Positions 9,945 through 19,803 of a stretch of 64,000 nt of DNA are shown here, piece by piece; position 1 is the stretch's first letter, and the number at the start of each line of letters is the position of its first letter. A model generated the notes under the pieces. It had not been told where the DNA came from. It saw nothing but the letters and a program-made list of their open reading frames with translations, and did no database searches. Origin of the DNA: a virus (taxonomy: Duplodnaviria > Caudoviricetes); the IMG/VR virus record IMGVR_UViG_3300028591_000104, positions 64,001-128,000 of that record; one strand, given 5' to 3'. A program made the translations under genes and the position numbers.

Positions 9945-10148
9945 ATGAAAAGAATAAATAAAAATAAAAAAGGTTTTACTCTTGTAGAAATGATGTTGGT
10001 CATAGCTATTATTGTAATCTTAGCTGGTGTACTGACCCTGGGCATTGGTAATTACATTGTCAGGGCCCAGGCCGCCGCATCTTCGGTTTCAGAACATAAT
10101 GGAGAAATTAGCTCTGCTGTATCTGAAGTAGATGCGCATATGGGATAA
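9945..10148 (+). CDS. type IV prepilin-like peptide
   Basis: Class III signal KKG|FTLVEMMLVIAIIVILAGVL. Confidence 0.85.
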   Translation: MKRINKNKKGFTLVEMMLVIAIIVILAGVLTLGIGNYIVRAQAAASSVSEHNGEISSAVSEVDAHMG

Positions 10149-10158
10149 GGAGGAAAAT

Positions 10159-10524
10159 ATGGATAGAACTATTGGTTGTGATGGAAATTATGATAAAGAA
10201 ATTGAAAAATTAAAATATCAATATGAACAAGATCACCATTATACTTTAGAAGAAGTAATAAAAGAATGTTCAGATAAGATTGAAGAATATGACAAAGATT
10301 TAAAAGAAATGATTTTAAATAACAAAAGAGAATCACCGCATCATTTTGATCTTTATCATTATGGTTATGAAACATACGTTAAACAACAAAGACTAGTTCA
10401 ATTAAGAACTTGGCTGGAAAGTTTACAGTCTTCTGTAGAAAGACAGCAAGACCCAGAGAAACTCAAACAACAAAAATTTTTATTTGAATTGTGGGAAACT
10501 GATTATGAAAAGCTAAAGAGGTAA
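10159..10524 (+). CDS. hypothetical protein
   Basis: AGGAGG RBS before ATG 10159 favours this start over 10132. Confidence 0.65.
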   Translation: MDRTIGCDGNYDKEIEKLKYQYEQDHHYTLEEVIKECSDKIEEYDKDLKEMILNNKRESPHHFDLYHYGYETYVKQQRLVQLRTWLESLQSSVERQQDPEKLKQQKFLFELWETDYEKLKR

Positions 10525-10527
10525 TTA

Positions 10528-11235
10528 ATGAAAATATTAGTAGCATGCGAAGAGTCACAAGAAGTGTGTAAGGCTTTTCGAGAGAAGGGACATGAGGCTT
10601 AGAGTTGCGATATAATCGATTGCTCAGGTGGACACCTAGAATGGCATATTAAACAAGATGTATTACCTTTAATTAATGGTAATTGTACTTTTGAAACTTG
10701 CGATGGAATATCTCATGCGGTCGAAGGTAAGTGGGATATGATTATAGCGTTCCCTCCATGTACTGACCTTACAACAACGGGTGCGCGAGTTTTTGAACGC
10801 AAGCGCGCCGATGGTTCCCAAGTAAGGTCTATAGAGTTCTTTGCAAAGTTTCTTGAGGCTGATTGTGATAAGATAGCTATAGAGAATCCAGTGGGTATAA
10901 TATCAGGAAATTATATTAAACAGTGGTTTCCAGACCTTTGTGAAAAATATAATCTACCACGCGCTTATACTCAGATTGTTCACCCTTGGATGTTTGGCGC
11001 CAATTATACAAAGAGAACCTGTTTATGGCTAAAAGGATTACCGAATCTTATTCCAGAAGTAGAAGAGGAACCAGAAATTGAGTAGGTAGAATGGGTAGAT
11101 AAGAAAAGTGGTAGAACCAAAAGACAAAATAAATGGTATTATGAATTATCTTGTTTACCTACTGCGCAAAGAGCTAAGGCGAGATCAAAAACATACCCAG
11201 GCTTTGCACAAGCCATGGCTGAACAATGGGGGTAA
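10528..11235 (+). CDS. DNA cytosine methyltransferase-like protein, 235 aa, in-frame TAG at 10600 and 11083
   Basis: MKILVACEESQEVCKAFREKGHEA*SCD, AFPPCT, IENPVG, KRTCLWLKGLP, RSKTYPGFAQAMAEQWG-TAA; continuous only if TAG is read. Confidence 0.8.
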
Positions 11236-11238
11236 AAT

Positions 11239-11451
11239 ATGATAGATAAAGACGGTAAAGAATTTGATGGATATATTAAAGAAATAATAATGCCTAATGG
11301 AAAGGTTTATAAACTTCAATGTGAGGTAGTTGAAGTTTATCCTATGCAATGCCCAAGGTGTGGTGGACGAGTAGAATTAAAATATGGCTCTGGTGATTGT
11401 CAATCTTGCGGAACGGCTTTTACTACACAATTTAAAATAACGGAAGTTTAA
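11239..11451 (+). CDS. small zinc-ribbon protein
   Basis: CPRCGG...CQSCG. Confidence 0.7.
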   Translation: MIDKDGKEFDGYIKEIIMPNGKVYKLQCEVVEVYPMQCPRCGGRVELKYGSGDCQSCGTAFTTQFKITEV

Positions 11452-11489
11452 TAATATTCTATACAAAAAAGTTCTTTTATAGGACTTTT

Positions 11490-11518
11490 TTGTTTTTTAT
11501 TAAAAATTTTGATATAAT
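11490..11518 (+). promoter_or_regulatory. sigmaA-type promoter, preceded by weak terminator-like hairpin 11465-11491
   Basis: TTGTTT-17-TATAAT with TG. Confidence 0.65.
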
Positions 11519-11548
11519 ATATATAGTAAAAAGAAAGAGAGCGAAAAA

Positions 11549-11977
11549 ATGAACGAAGATAAAGATAAAGATAATGAGCTTACACCAGAAGAGTTGGAAG
11601 AAATCAATGACATTCTTGGATTGGAAGGTGATGAGGCTCTTACTAATGATGATATAAAAGAAGTAACAGATGCTTTTAATAGTCTTTTTACTGCTATTGC
11701 AGGCGCTTTTATGGCTGAATCTATTAAGCATACACAAGCAGAAGATTTTAAAGTAGATACAGCTAAAGTTTATGATAAACCATTCCCTTATGAAATAGCA
11801 GTTTGTCATAAGAATTTTAATAACGGAGCTTGGATTATAGTTGGTACGGCTAAAACAAAAGAAGAAGCTATTAAAAAGCATGATATGTTTGTTAGTAAAA
11901 TGATGGATAAAAAAGTAACTTATTTAAGAGATATTTGGGAGAATGTTATTTATCTTGAAGATAAAAATAGCAAGTAA
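11549..11977 (+). CDS. acidic hypothetical protein
   Basis: ORF downstream of promoter, TAA stop. Confidence 0.7.
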   Translation: MNEDKDKDNELTPEELEEINDILGLEGDEALTNDDIKEVTDAFNSLFTAIAGAFMAESIKHTQAEDFKVDTAKVYDKPFPYEIAVCHKNFNNGAWIIVGTAKTKEEAIKKHDMFVSKMMDKKVTYLRDIWENVIYLEDKNSK

Positions 11978-11978
11978 T

Positions 11979-12007
11979 TTGATTTTAAATAAAATAAATA
12001 GTATAAT
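11979..12007 (+). promoter_or_regulatory. sigmaA-type promoter
   Basis: TTGATT-17-TATAAT. Confidence 0.65.
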
Positions 12008-12042
12008 ATATATAGAAAAAATAAAGAAAGGAAATTAGAGTT

Positions 12043-13137
12043 ATGTCTTATTTGATAGATTTTATCAAAGAAAATCCTGATTGGAGAGAGCTTTTGGCTA
12101 AGGAGCCTTATTGCTTGAAGATTAAGGATGAGGATAATTATACTCTTTTTATGTATAATCAGTTATGCTCTGATTTCTATAATCCAATAGTAAAGGAAGC
12201 TAGAGGTATAATTTTAGACCTCACGGGCAAGGAGCCTCGTGTAGTGTGCAGAGCCTTTGATAAGTTTGGTAACTATGGCGAAGGTTATGTTGATTCCATA
12301 GACTGGTCTTCCGCTGTAGTACAGGAGAAGGTAGATGGTTCTATTATGAAGCTTTGGTTTGATAAGGGCTCTTGGCATGTATCTACTAATTCTTGTATCA
12401 ATGCATTTAATGCACAGTTGTCTAACTCTAAAATAACTTTTGGTAAGTTGTTCACGCAGGCTTTTCCTTCTGACAAGATAAATCAGTTGGATACGGATTA
12501 TACTTATATCTTTGAGCTTGTGTCTCCTTACAACCGGGTTGTAATCAACTATGGCTCTGATACTAAGTTGTATCTGTTGGGTAAGAGAAATAATAAGACA
12601 GGCTTTGAGGAAATACCTGAAGATTTGGGTATAGCTAAGCCGGATACTTATCCTCTCTCTTCCCTTGAGGAGTGTATTGAAGCAGCTAATGCTTTGAATG
12701 ATAATGAAGAAGATATTCAGTATGAAGGTTTTGTAGTAGTAGATGAGGCTTTTCATCGAGTAAAGATTAAGTCCCCCTACTATGTAGCTAGACATCATAT
12801 ACTTACTAAGACACCTTCTCTTGAAGACTTGGTATTAGTATATTTGCGTCATGAGCAGGAAGAGTTTTTAACTTACTTCCCAGCTTATACTCATCCTTTG
12901 AATCTTATCTATTTCTTCTTCTCTGACTTGGACTATTATATGTTTAAGGCTAGACTTGATTGGAATAATATGAACAAAGATAGAAAGGCTTTTGCCATCA
13001 AGTATAAGAATCATCCTTTTACTCATTTTTATTTCGATGCTATAAAGAATGAAGATTGGTCTATTGAAAGAGTAAAGAATTTGTCTACTGCTGAACTTGC
13101 GAGATTTATAAAGAATTATTATGGAGGAAATATATGA
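12043..13137 (+). CDS. RNA ligase, T4 Rnl1-like
   Basis: EARGII, FDKFGN, motif I EKVDGS, FELVSP.NRVVINY, EGFVV, RVKIK. Confidence 0.85.
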   Translation: MSYLIDFIKENPDWRELLAKEPYCLKIKDEDNYTLFMYNQLCSDFYNPIVKEARGIILDLTGKEPRVVCRAFDKFGNYGEGYVDSIDWSSAVVQEKVDGSIMKLWFDKGSWHVSTNSCINAFNAQLSNSKITFGKLFTQAFPSDKINQLDTDYTYIFELVSPYNRVVINYGSDTKLYLLGKRNNKTGFEEIPEDLGIAKPDTYPLSSLEECIEAANALNDNEEDIQYEGFVVVDEAFHRVKIKSPYYVARHHILTKTPSLEDLVLVYLRHEQEEFLTYFPAYTHPLNLIYFFFSDLDYYMFKARLDWNNMNKDRKAFAIKYKNHPFTHFYFDAIKNEDWSIERVKNLSTAELARFIKNYYGGNI

Positions 13138-14057
13138 TTAATATAAAGCATTTTATGGATATACAAAATTTAATAGAGAATGAGACAGCAATTAAGGCTT
13201 CTAATGCTAAGGCATTTGAGGTTGGTGATATTATACAAATAACAGAGAAGTGGGACGGTTCAAATGCTTCTGTCGGTTATGATGCTGATTCTGATAGTCT
13301 TGTTGCTTTTTCTAGAAAGCAGACTCTGTCTTTGGGAAATACTCTTAATGGCTTTTGGGATTATGTTCAGGGATTGGACAAGACTGGTTTTAAGGCTAAT
13401 CCCACATATAGAGTATTCGGTGAGTGGGGAAATAAGAATAAGATAATTTATAATGCTGACAATTACAAGAAGTGGTATGTTTATGATATTTTTGATATGG
13501 GTACAGAGAAGTGGCTACCACAGGATATTGTAAAGAAGTTTTGTAATGACTATGGATTTATTTATATCCATGTTCTTTATGAGGGTCCGTTCATTTCATG
13601 GGACCACTGCAGAAGCTTTATGAATAGCCCTGCTTATGGAGATAGACAGGAGGGTGTGGTTGTTAAGAATCAGACAAAGCTTAATGACCCTAATACAAGA
13701 CAGCCTTTTTACCTTAAGATTGTCAATGAGGATTTTAAGGAGACAAAGGCTCCTAAGGTTGTTGACCCCGAGCAGGAGGCTAAGAAGGTTTATGCTTATT
13801 CTCTTGCCGAGAGTATTGTAACCAAGAATAGAATTGAAAAGATGATATATAAGCTCAGAGATGAGCAGCTTATTCCTGATACACTTACTCCTGGAGATAT
13901 GGGTAAGCTGGCTAAGGTACTTCCTAAGAGAATCTATGAGGATTGCGTTAAGGAGGAGCCTGAGACCATTGCAAAGGTTAATGACACTGGAATAAACTTT
14001 AGTAAGGTTTGTGGAACTCTGACTATGAAGATTGCAAGAGACATTATTTGCAATTAA
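13134..14057 (+). CDS. RNA ligase, Rnl2-like
   Basis: TEKWDGSN, SRK, FGEW, YDI, EGVVVK, KIVNEDFKE. Confidence 0.82.
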   Translation: MINIKHFMDIQNLIENETAIKASNAKAFEVGDIIQITEKWDGSNASVGYDADSDSLVAFSRKQTLSLGNTLNGFWDYVQGLDKTGFKANPTYRVFGEWGNKNKIIYNADNYKKWYVYDIFDMGTEKWLPQDIVKKFCNDYGFIYIHVLYEGPFISWDHCRSFMNSPAYGDRQEGVVVKNQTKLNDPNTRQPFYLKIVNEDFKETKAPKVVDPEQEAKKVYAYSLAESIVTKNRIEKMIYKLRDEQLIPDTLTPGDMGKLAKVLPKRIYEDCVKEEPETIAKVNDTGINFSKVCGTLTMKIARDIICN

Positions 14058-14076
14058 ATAAAATTTTTGTTATAAT
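14048..14076 (+). promoter_or_regulatory. sigmaA-type promoter overlapping upstream stop
   Basis: TTGCAA-17-TATAAT with TG. Confidence 0.7.
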
Positions 14077-14110
14077 ATATTTATAATAAATTAAAGGAAA
14101 TAGAGGATAA

Positions 14111-16087
14111 ATGAAAGAACAGATTAGGCAAATTATTAATCAGCTTAATGAGGCTACAAAGGCCTACGATGAAGGGCATCCCATGATGAGTGATAAGGCA
14201 TGGGATGACCTCTATTTCTATCTTCAGCAATTAGAGCATCAGTCTGGAATTTATTTTCCAGATAGTCCTACTCAAAAGATTAACTTTGAAATAACTACTC
14301 CATTAAGGAAGGTAGAGCATACTCATTTAATGCTTAGTTTGGATAAAACTAAAGATTTAAATGAAATTAAGACTTTTGTTAAAAAGCATCCATCTATTTG
14401 TATGGGAAAGATGGATGGTTTGACTTGCGCACTGAGGTATAAGGATGGGGAATTAATCGCTGCTGAAACGCGTGGAAATGGTGTAATTGGTGAAGATGTT
14501 TTTTATAATATTATAAATATTAATAATATTCCCAAAAAGATAAAAATAAAAGATGAAGTTGAAGTAGATGGTGAAATTATCTGTAAGTATGATGATTTTG
14601 AGCCATTTGCAGAAGAATATAAGAATCCAAGAAACTTCGCAGCTGGAAGCATTAGATTATTAGACAGCGAAGAATGTGCAAAAAGAAATTTATCTTTTAT
14701 TGCATGGGATTGGATTAATAATCCTTATCCTAGACTTGGTGATGCTTTAGTTGAGTTAAAAGGATTAGGATTTACTACTGTTCCTTATTGGGATGGAATT
14801 ATAACAGAGTTTGAGATTGATAATTTAAATGAAATTGTTGATTTTGTTAAAAATTCTTGTGCCAATGAAAAGCTCCCAATAGATGGATTAGTATTTAAGT
14901 ATGATTATGTGACAGATTATAAAGCTGAAGGTAGAACAACTCATCACTTTAGAGGTGGTTTAGCTTTTAAGTTTTATGATGAATGTGTTGAGACCGAAAT
15001 TGAAGATATAGAGTGGTCTATGGGCAGAGAAGGCAGATTAACTCCTGTAGCGATTTTTAAGCCTATAGAGCTTGAAGGAACTGAGGTATCAAGAGCAAGT
15101 CTTCATAATTTAAGTGTTCTTGATGAACTTTGCGGCGGCCAGGCGCCTATGCGTGGTGACATAGTCAGCGTGTACAAGGCGAATCAAATTATACCTCAGA
15201 TTGATATATGGACAACGACCATTGAGCCTCCTGACTATTTTTCAGTTGACCAGGGTTTAGGTGATATGTTAGCACCGCCTGAGGTATGTCCAATATGCGG
15301 CGGCCGCACCGAAATAATAGAAGAAGATTCTGGTACAAAGAATCTCTAGTGTACAAATGACGCTTGCCCCGGTAAGCTAATAAATAGATTAGTTCACTAT
15401 TGCGATATGAAAAAGGGCATGGCAATTAAAGGACTTTCTGAGAAATTAATTTCTCGTTTTATGAACAAAGGTTGGCTTAATAGTTTTTTTGATTTATACA
15501 ATTTACACCAGTTCCGTACAGATATGGAAAAAATGGAAGGACTGGGACCGAAATCCGTAGATAATATATTAACCGCAATAGAAGAAAGTAAAAATTGTGA
15601 ATTATGGCAATTTATCTCTGCTCTTGGTATTCCTCTTATCGGAACCACCGCGAGCAAAGACCTTGCGAACCATTTCAGTACTTGGGCAAACTTTTATAAA
15701 TCAATTAAGGAAAATTTCATATATAGTACACTTCCAAATTTTGGTTTTGAAATGAATAAGGCGCTTCATGACTATGATTATAGCGAAGCCGAAAAGATAG
15801 CGGCTATCCTTAATTTTAAAGAACCAAAAGCAGAAGAAATTATAAGCGAAATTTTACAAGGCAAGAAAATTTGCATAACAGGTAAATTGGTTCAGTTTAA
15901 GAACCGGAGTTTGTTCCAGGAGGCTGTTGAAGCTAGAGGCGGCAAGGTGGTGTCTGGTGTGACAGGAGCTACAGACTTCTTGGTAACTAATGACACAGAA
16001 AGCGGTACTGCTAAAAATCAAGCAGCTAAAAAATTAAACATACCTATTATGTCAGAAGAAGATTTTATCAAAAATTTCTTGACTTAA
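14111..16087 (+). CDS. ligA: NAD+-dependent DNA ligase, 658 aa, in-frame TAG at 15347
   Basis: MLSLDK, KMDG, TRGNG..GEDV, NPRNFAAGS, DGLV, AFKF, zinc finger CPICG..NL*CTNDACP, HhH and BRCT; both track fragments in one frame. Confidence 0.93.
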
Positions 16088-16107
16088 TAAAAATTTTATG
16101 TTATAAT
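16079..16107 (+). promoter_or_regulatory. sigmaA-type promoter overlapping ligA end
   Basis: TTGACT-17-TATAAT with TG. Confidence 0.78.
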
Positions 16108-16133
16108 ATTAACATAATAAGAAAGGAAAGGTA

Positions 16134-16319
16134 ATGAGTAAAAAAGAGTTAAAGAAGTTAGCGAAGGAAATTGCTAACTATGAAAAGATTTGTCAAGGCA
16201 CCGCAGAGTACGCGGAAAAAGAAAAAGCAAGACAGAAGATTATAGAATTAACAGAACAGGTTTACAATCTTGAAGATTTGTTAGTTCTTGACACTCTTAT
16301 TCAAGATTATCTTTCTTGA
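16134..16319 (+). CDS. hypothetical protein
   Basis: RBS AAAGGAAAGG, after promoter. Confidence 0.7.
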   Translation: MSKKELKKLAKEIANYEKICQGTAEYAEKEKARQKIIELTEQVYNLEDLLVLDTLIQDYLS

Positions 16320-16424
16320 TTAATTAGCTTATAAATAATACTTAAATTGAAGTTATGGGCAATTTATTTATTATTTAGATTATAAAATATTAAAATTTTT
16401 TAAACACAAAGGAGAAAAACAATT

Positions 16425-16697
16425 ATGGCAATGTCAGAAAACACAGTAACAGTATTTAAGTATTTGCAGGCACACAATGAGGGACTTACAGCTCAGGAGA
16501 TTGCTGATGCTACAGGTCTTAACGCAAAGCAGGTTAATGGAGCTTTTACAATGGGTATCCAGCGTAAGGAGTACGGCTATCGTACAGAGGAGAAGGTAAA
16601 GGTTGAGCTAGAGGATGGCACAGCTATCGAGGCTAAGCAGCTTTTCCTTAACGATGCTGGTCTCGCTGTAGACGTTGATGCTCTTGCTGCTGAGTAA
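16425..16697 (+). CDS. small winged-helix DNA-binding protein
   Basis: LTAQEIADATGLNAKQVNG HTH; AAGGAG RBS. Confidence 0.7.
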   Translation: MAMSENTVTVFKYLQAHNEGLTAQEIADATGLNAKQVNGAFTMGIQRKEYGYRTEEKVKVELEDGTAIEAKQLFLNDAGLAVDVDALAAE

Positions 16698-16707
16698 TAA
16701 ATATTCT

Positions 16708-16742
16708 TGGGGGAGAGCTTAATTGTTCTCCCCCATTTTTTT
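16708..16742 (+). terminator. intrinsic terminator
   Basis: TGGGGGAGA...TCTCCCCCA + T-run. Confidence 0.85.
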
Positions 16743-16749
16743 ATTTATT

Positions 16750-17775
16750 ATGTGGTATTTTATTATAGGACTGGTTGCCCTGGCGGCCGGCTGTATCGGG
16801 ACCTACCTTATGCTTAGGTCTCGTTTGGCTGTTACGCAGGAGATCAACCAGAAGGTGAAAAAGGAGAACGAGGATAATTTAGCTCTAAAAGCTAGACTTG
16901 TTTCTGAAGTAGAAAGTCTAGAAACTCAAAAATCTAGGTGTCAGAATGATATTAATTCTATAAATTTTAATATCCAACAGGCTCAAACTAACCTTTCAGG
17001 TTTAAATAACCTTTTGAAAGAAAATACCGCAGCCATTGATGAAACTACCAAGAGGTAGGAAGAACAAGCACTAGAAAGTATGGGCGAGCGCATGGACGCG
17101 GCCGCCGAAAAAGAGAGAATTAAGTATCTCGATGCTATTACTAGTTATAGAGCTGAATATGAAAGCGTTTTAGAAGATTTAGCCGAACAATTTAAAAAGA
17201 TTACTGAGGAAGATGAAGCGACCATAACCACTTTAAAAGACTCAATAGGAAATTTAAGAAAAAAGGTTTTGGCTATAACTGAAGCTAACAAACGCCTTGA
17301 AGAAGAAAAAGATAAAATTAACTTTTATAAACTTCAAATTTCTGATTTAGATAAGGAAGAGCTTGCTAAATTAAGAGAAATAGGTAAGATTTTAAGAGAT
17401 AGTACCCCATTAAATAAACTTATTTGGACTTATTATTTTAGAAATCCTTATAATGATTTGTGCGGCCGTGTGATTGGTTCCGAGGCAAAGACCGGCATCT
17501 ATAAAATTACTAATACCTTAAATGGTAAGTGTTATATAGGTCAAGCAGTCAACATCAAGAACCGTTGGGGCGACCATATAAAGATGGGTTTGGGCGCCGA
17601 CACGCCTTCGCGCAACAAGATTTATCCAGCTATGATGAAAGATGGAGTGGAGAATTTTACTTTTGAAGTTTTAGAAGAATGTAGTGGTAATCAATTAAAT
17701 GAAAGAGAAAAATTCTATATAGAGTTTTATGACTCTGTGAATTATGGATATAACGTAACGCGAGGAGGAAGCTAA
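16750..17775 (+). CDS. N-terminal TM + coiled-coil + C-terminal GIY-YIG nuclease, 341 aa, in-frame TAG at 17056
   Basis: MWYFIIGLVALAAGCIG TM; heptad region; TGIYKITNTLNGKCYIGQA; fragments 16723-17058 and 17080-17775 share a frame. Confidence 0.8.
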
Positions 17776-18422
17776 TGAAGATAGAAAAGATCGAGTCCTA
17801 TGGCTGGGAGGCAGCCTTAAGAGGTATGCGCAATCCCATGAATAGTTGGGAGAAGTCTGATACTACCTATAATGAGAAAGGTATTCCTACTATTGGTCCT
17901 AATGATTTGAAATTAGCTACAAATCTTATTAAAGCTGGTCCAGAGCACGGTAAATGGGCAAGAATGGTAACTGTATCTATGGATATTACAGCGCCACTTT
18001 AGGTATGGAAAGAGCTCGACACCTACAAAGTGGGTACAACAGCTAATTCACAATCTACAATGCACAAACTTGCATCTGTCCCCATAACTATTGACTGTTT
18101 TGAAACAGACGATATGGCAGATGATTTGGAGATTTATACAACACCTTTGACCACTGCTGCTGATGTATTTAACCATTTAATAGGAGATTGCGAGCGTTTG
18201 CGTCAATTATATCTACAAACTAATGATGTTCGCTATTGGAAAGAACTGGTTAGATTACTCCCAGAAGGTTGGTTACAGACCAGAACATGGACAGCTAACT
18301 ATGCTGTATTAAGAACTATATATCATCAAAGAAAAAACCACAAACTCATAGAGTGGCATACCTTCCTTGATGAAATTATAAAAACTCTACCTTATAGTAA
18401 AGAGTTTATAGTTGACAATTAA
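17775..18422 (+). CDS. thyX: flavin-dependent thymidylate synthase-like protein, 215 aa, in-frame TAG at 18000
   Basis: AALRGMRNPMNSWEKSD, DITAPL*VWKELDTYKVGTTANSQSTMHK, QTRTWTANY..L..IYHQRKNHKL.EW. Confidence 0.7.
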
Positions 18423-18440
18423 TAAATTTTATGTTATAAT
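18412..18440 (+). promoter_or_regulatory. sigmaA-type promoter overlapping thyX end
   Basis: Perfect TTGACA-17-TATAAT with TG. Confidence 0.85.
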
Positions 18441-18477
18441 ATATGTATAAAAAGTTAAAAGAAAGAGAGAAAAGCTA

Positions 18478-18843
18478 ATGAAACAGGAATTTTTAGAGTT
18501 TTTGGATGCACTAATGAAAGCAGCGCCAAATGTAGTAGAGGAAAAGGGTAGTGAAACTGTTATGGCCTATATTGAGGCTTTAAGAGAGAATACTAAAAAG
18601 CAAGAAAGTTTAACAGAAAATGGGGCGCGGGTCTTATCATTTTTGCAGACGGCTGACTCTCTTACTTTTAAGGCAAAGGATATTGGGGAAGCGCTTGGTG
18701 TAGCGTCAAGAACAGTATCTGGCGCATTGAGAAAGCTGGTAAATGATGGATTTGTAGACAAGATGGGAACGAACCCGACAATTTACGCTTTAACAGAAAA
18801 AGGAAAAAATTTTAAAATTGAAGAAGGAGAAAATGACGCATGA
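18478..18843 (+). CDS. winged-helix (MarR-like) DNA-binding protein
   Basis: AKDIGEALGVASRTVSGALRKLVNDGFVDK...YALTEKG. Confidence 0.8.
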   Translation: MKQEFLEFLDALMKAAPNVVEEKGSETVMAYIEALRENTKKQESLTENGARVLSFLQTADSLTFKAKDIGEALGVASRTVSGALRKLVNDGFVDKMGTNPTIYALTEKGKNFKIEEGENDA

Positions 18844-19784
18844 AGAAGATGAATAATAAGGTACACCTTGAAGGAAGACTTTATCAGCACAGTTTGGAAA
18901 AGAAGGTAACAGGGCCTCAGTCTAAGAAGCCCGGCACAGAATATATTCAGGGTAACATTGAGATTGCTACTGATGATAATATCACAAACATTGTTTCTGT
19001 TCACTTCTCATACATTACTGAGGTTACTTCTACAGGTAAGACAGATACAAGATTTAAGGTTTTGTCTGATATTATTGATGGTAAGTATCTTACATGCATG
19101 GCTGATGGTGCAGAAGTTGCAACAAAGGTTTCTGTAGATACAGCAATCGGTATAAATGATTTTTATACAGATCGTCAGAAGGACGATAATGGAGACCCTA
19201 CACTTGTTTCTGCTAAGAGAAACGAGGGCGGTTTTGTTAGAATCGTTAACAACCTTAAGGAGTCTGACAAGGACCGTAATTACTTTAATGTTGATATTGT
19301 AATCACAAACTTCACTCGTAAGGAAGCTGACGAAGAGAGAGGACTCCCTGAGAAGGGAATTATCAAGGGCGCAATCTTTGATTTCAGAGGTTCTATGCTC
19401 CCTGTTGAGTTCTCTGTTCTTAATCCTAAGGCTATGGATTATTTTGAGGGACTTGAGCCTTCAAGTAAGACACCTGTTTTCACAGCTATTAAGGGTACTC
19501 AGATCTCTGAGGTAGTTAAGAAGACTATCACAGTTGAGGGTGCTTTTGGTGATGAAGTTCGTGAAGTGGAGAATAACCACAAGGATTGGACAATTTATTG
19601 GGCACAGTCTGAGCCTTATGAGTGGGACGATGAGTCTACAATCACAAAGGCAGAGCTTACAAAGGCTATGACAGACCGTCAGACAATGCTTGCTGAAGTT
19701 AAGCAGAGATATATGGATTATAAGGCATCAGCTGGAGAAGCTGCTTCTAAGGCTCCTACAGGTGGAGATACATTTGATTTCTAA
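18840..19784 (+). CDS. putative single-stranded DNA-binding protein
   Basis: NKVHLEGRL OB-like start, acidic/aromatic tail GGDTFDF, adjacent to Sak4-like ATPase. Confidence 0.6.
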   Translation: MKKMNNKVHLEGRLYQHSLEKKVTGPQSKKPGTEYIQGNIEIATDDNITNIVSVHFSYITEVTSTGKTDTRFKVLSDIIDGKYLTCMADGAEVATKVSVDTAIGINDFYTDRQKDDNGDPTLVSAKRNEGGFVRIVNNLKESDKDRNYFNVDIVITNFTRKEADEERGLPEKGIIKGAIFDFRGSMLPVEFSVLNPKAMDYFEGLEPSSKTPVFTAIKGTQISEVVKKTITVEGAFGDEVREVENNHKDWTIYWAQSEPYEWDDESTITKAELTKAMTDRQTMLAEVKQRYMDYKASAGEAASKAPTGGDTFDF

Positions 19785-19803
19785 TTAAAAGGGGGAAAAG
19801 ATT

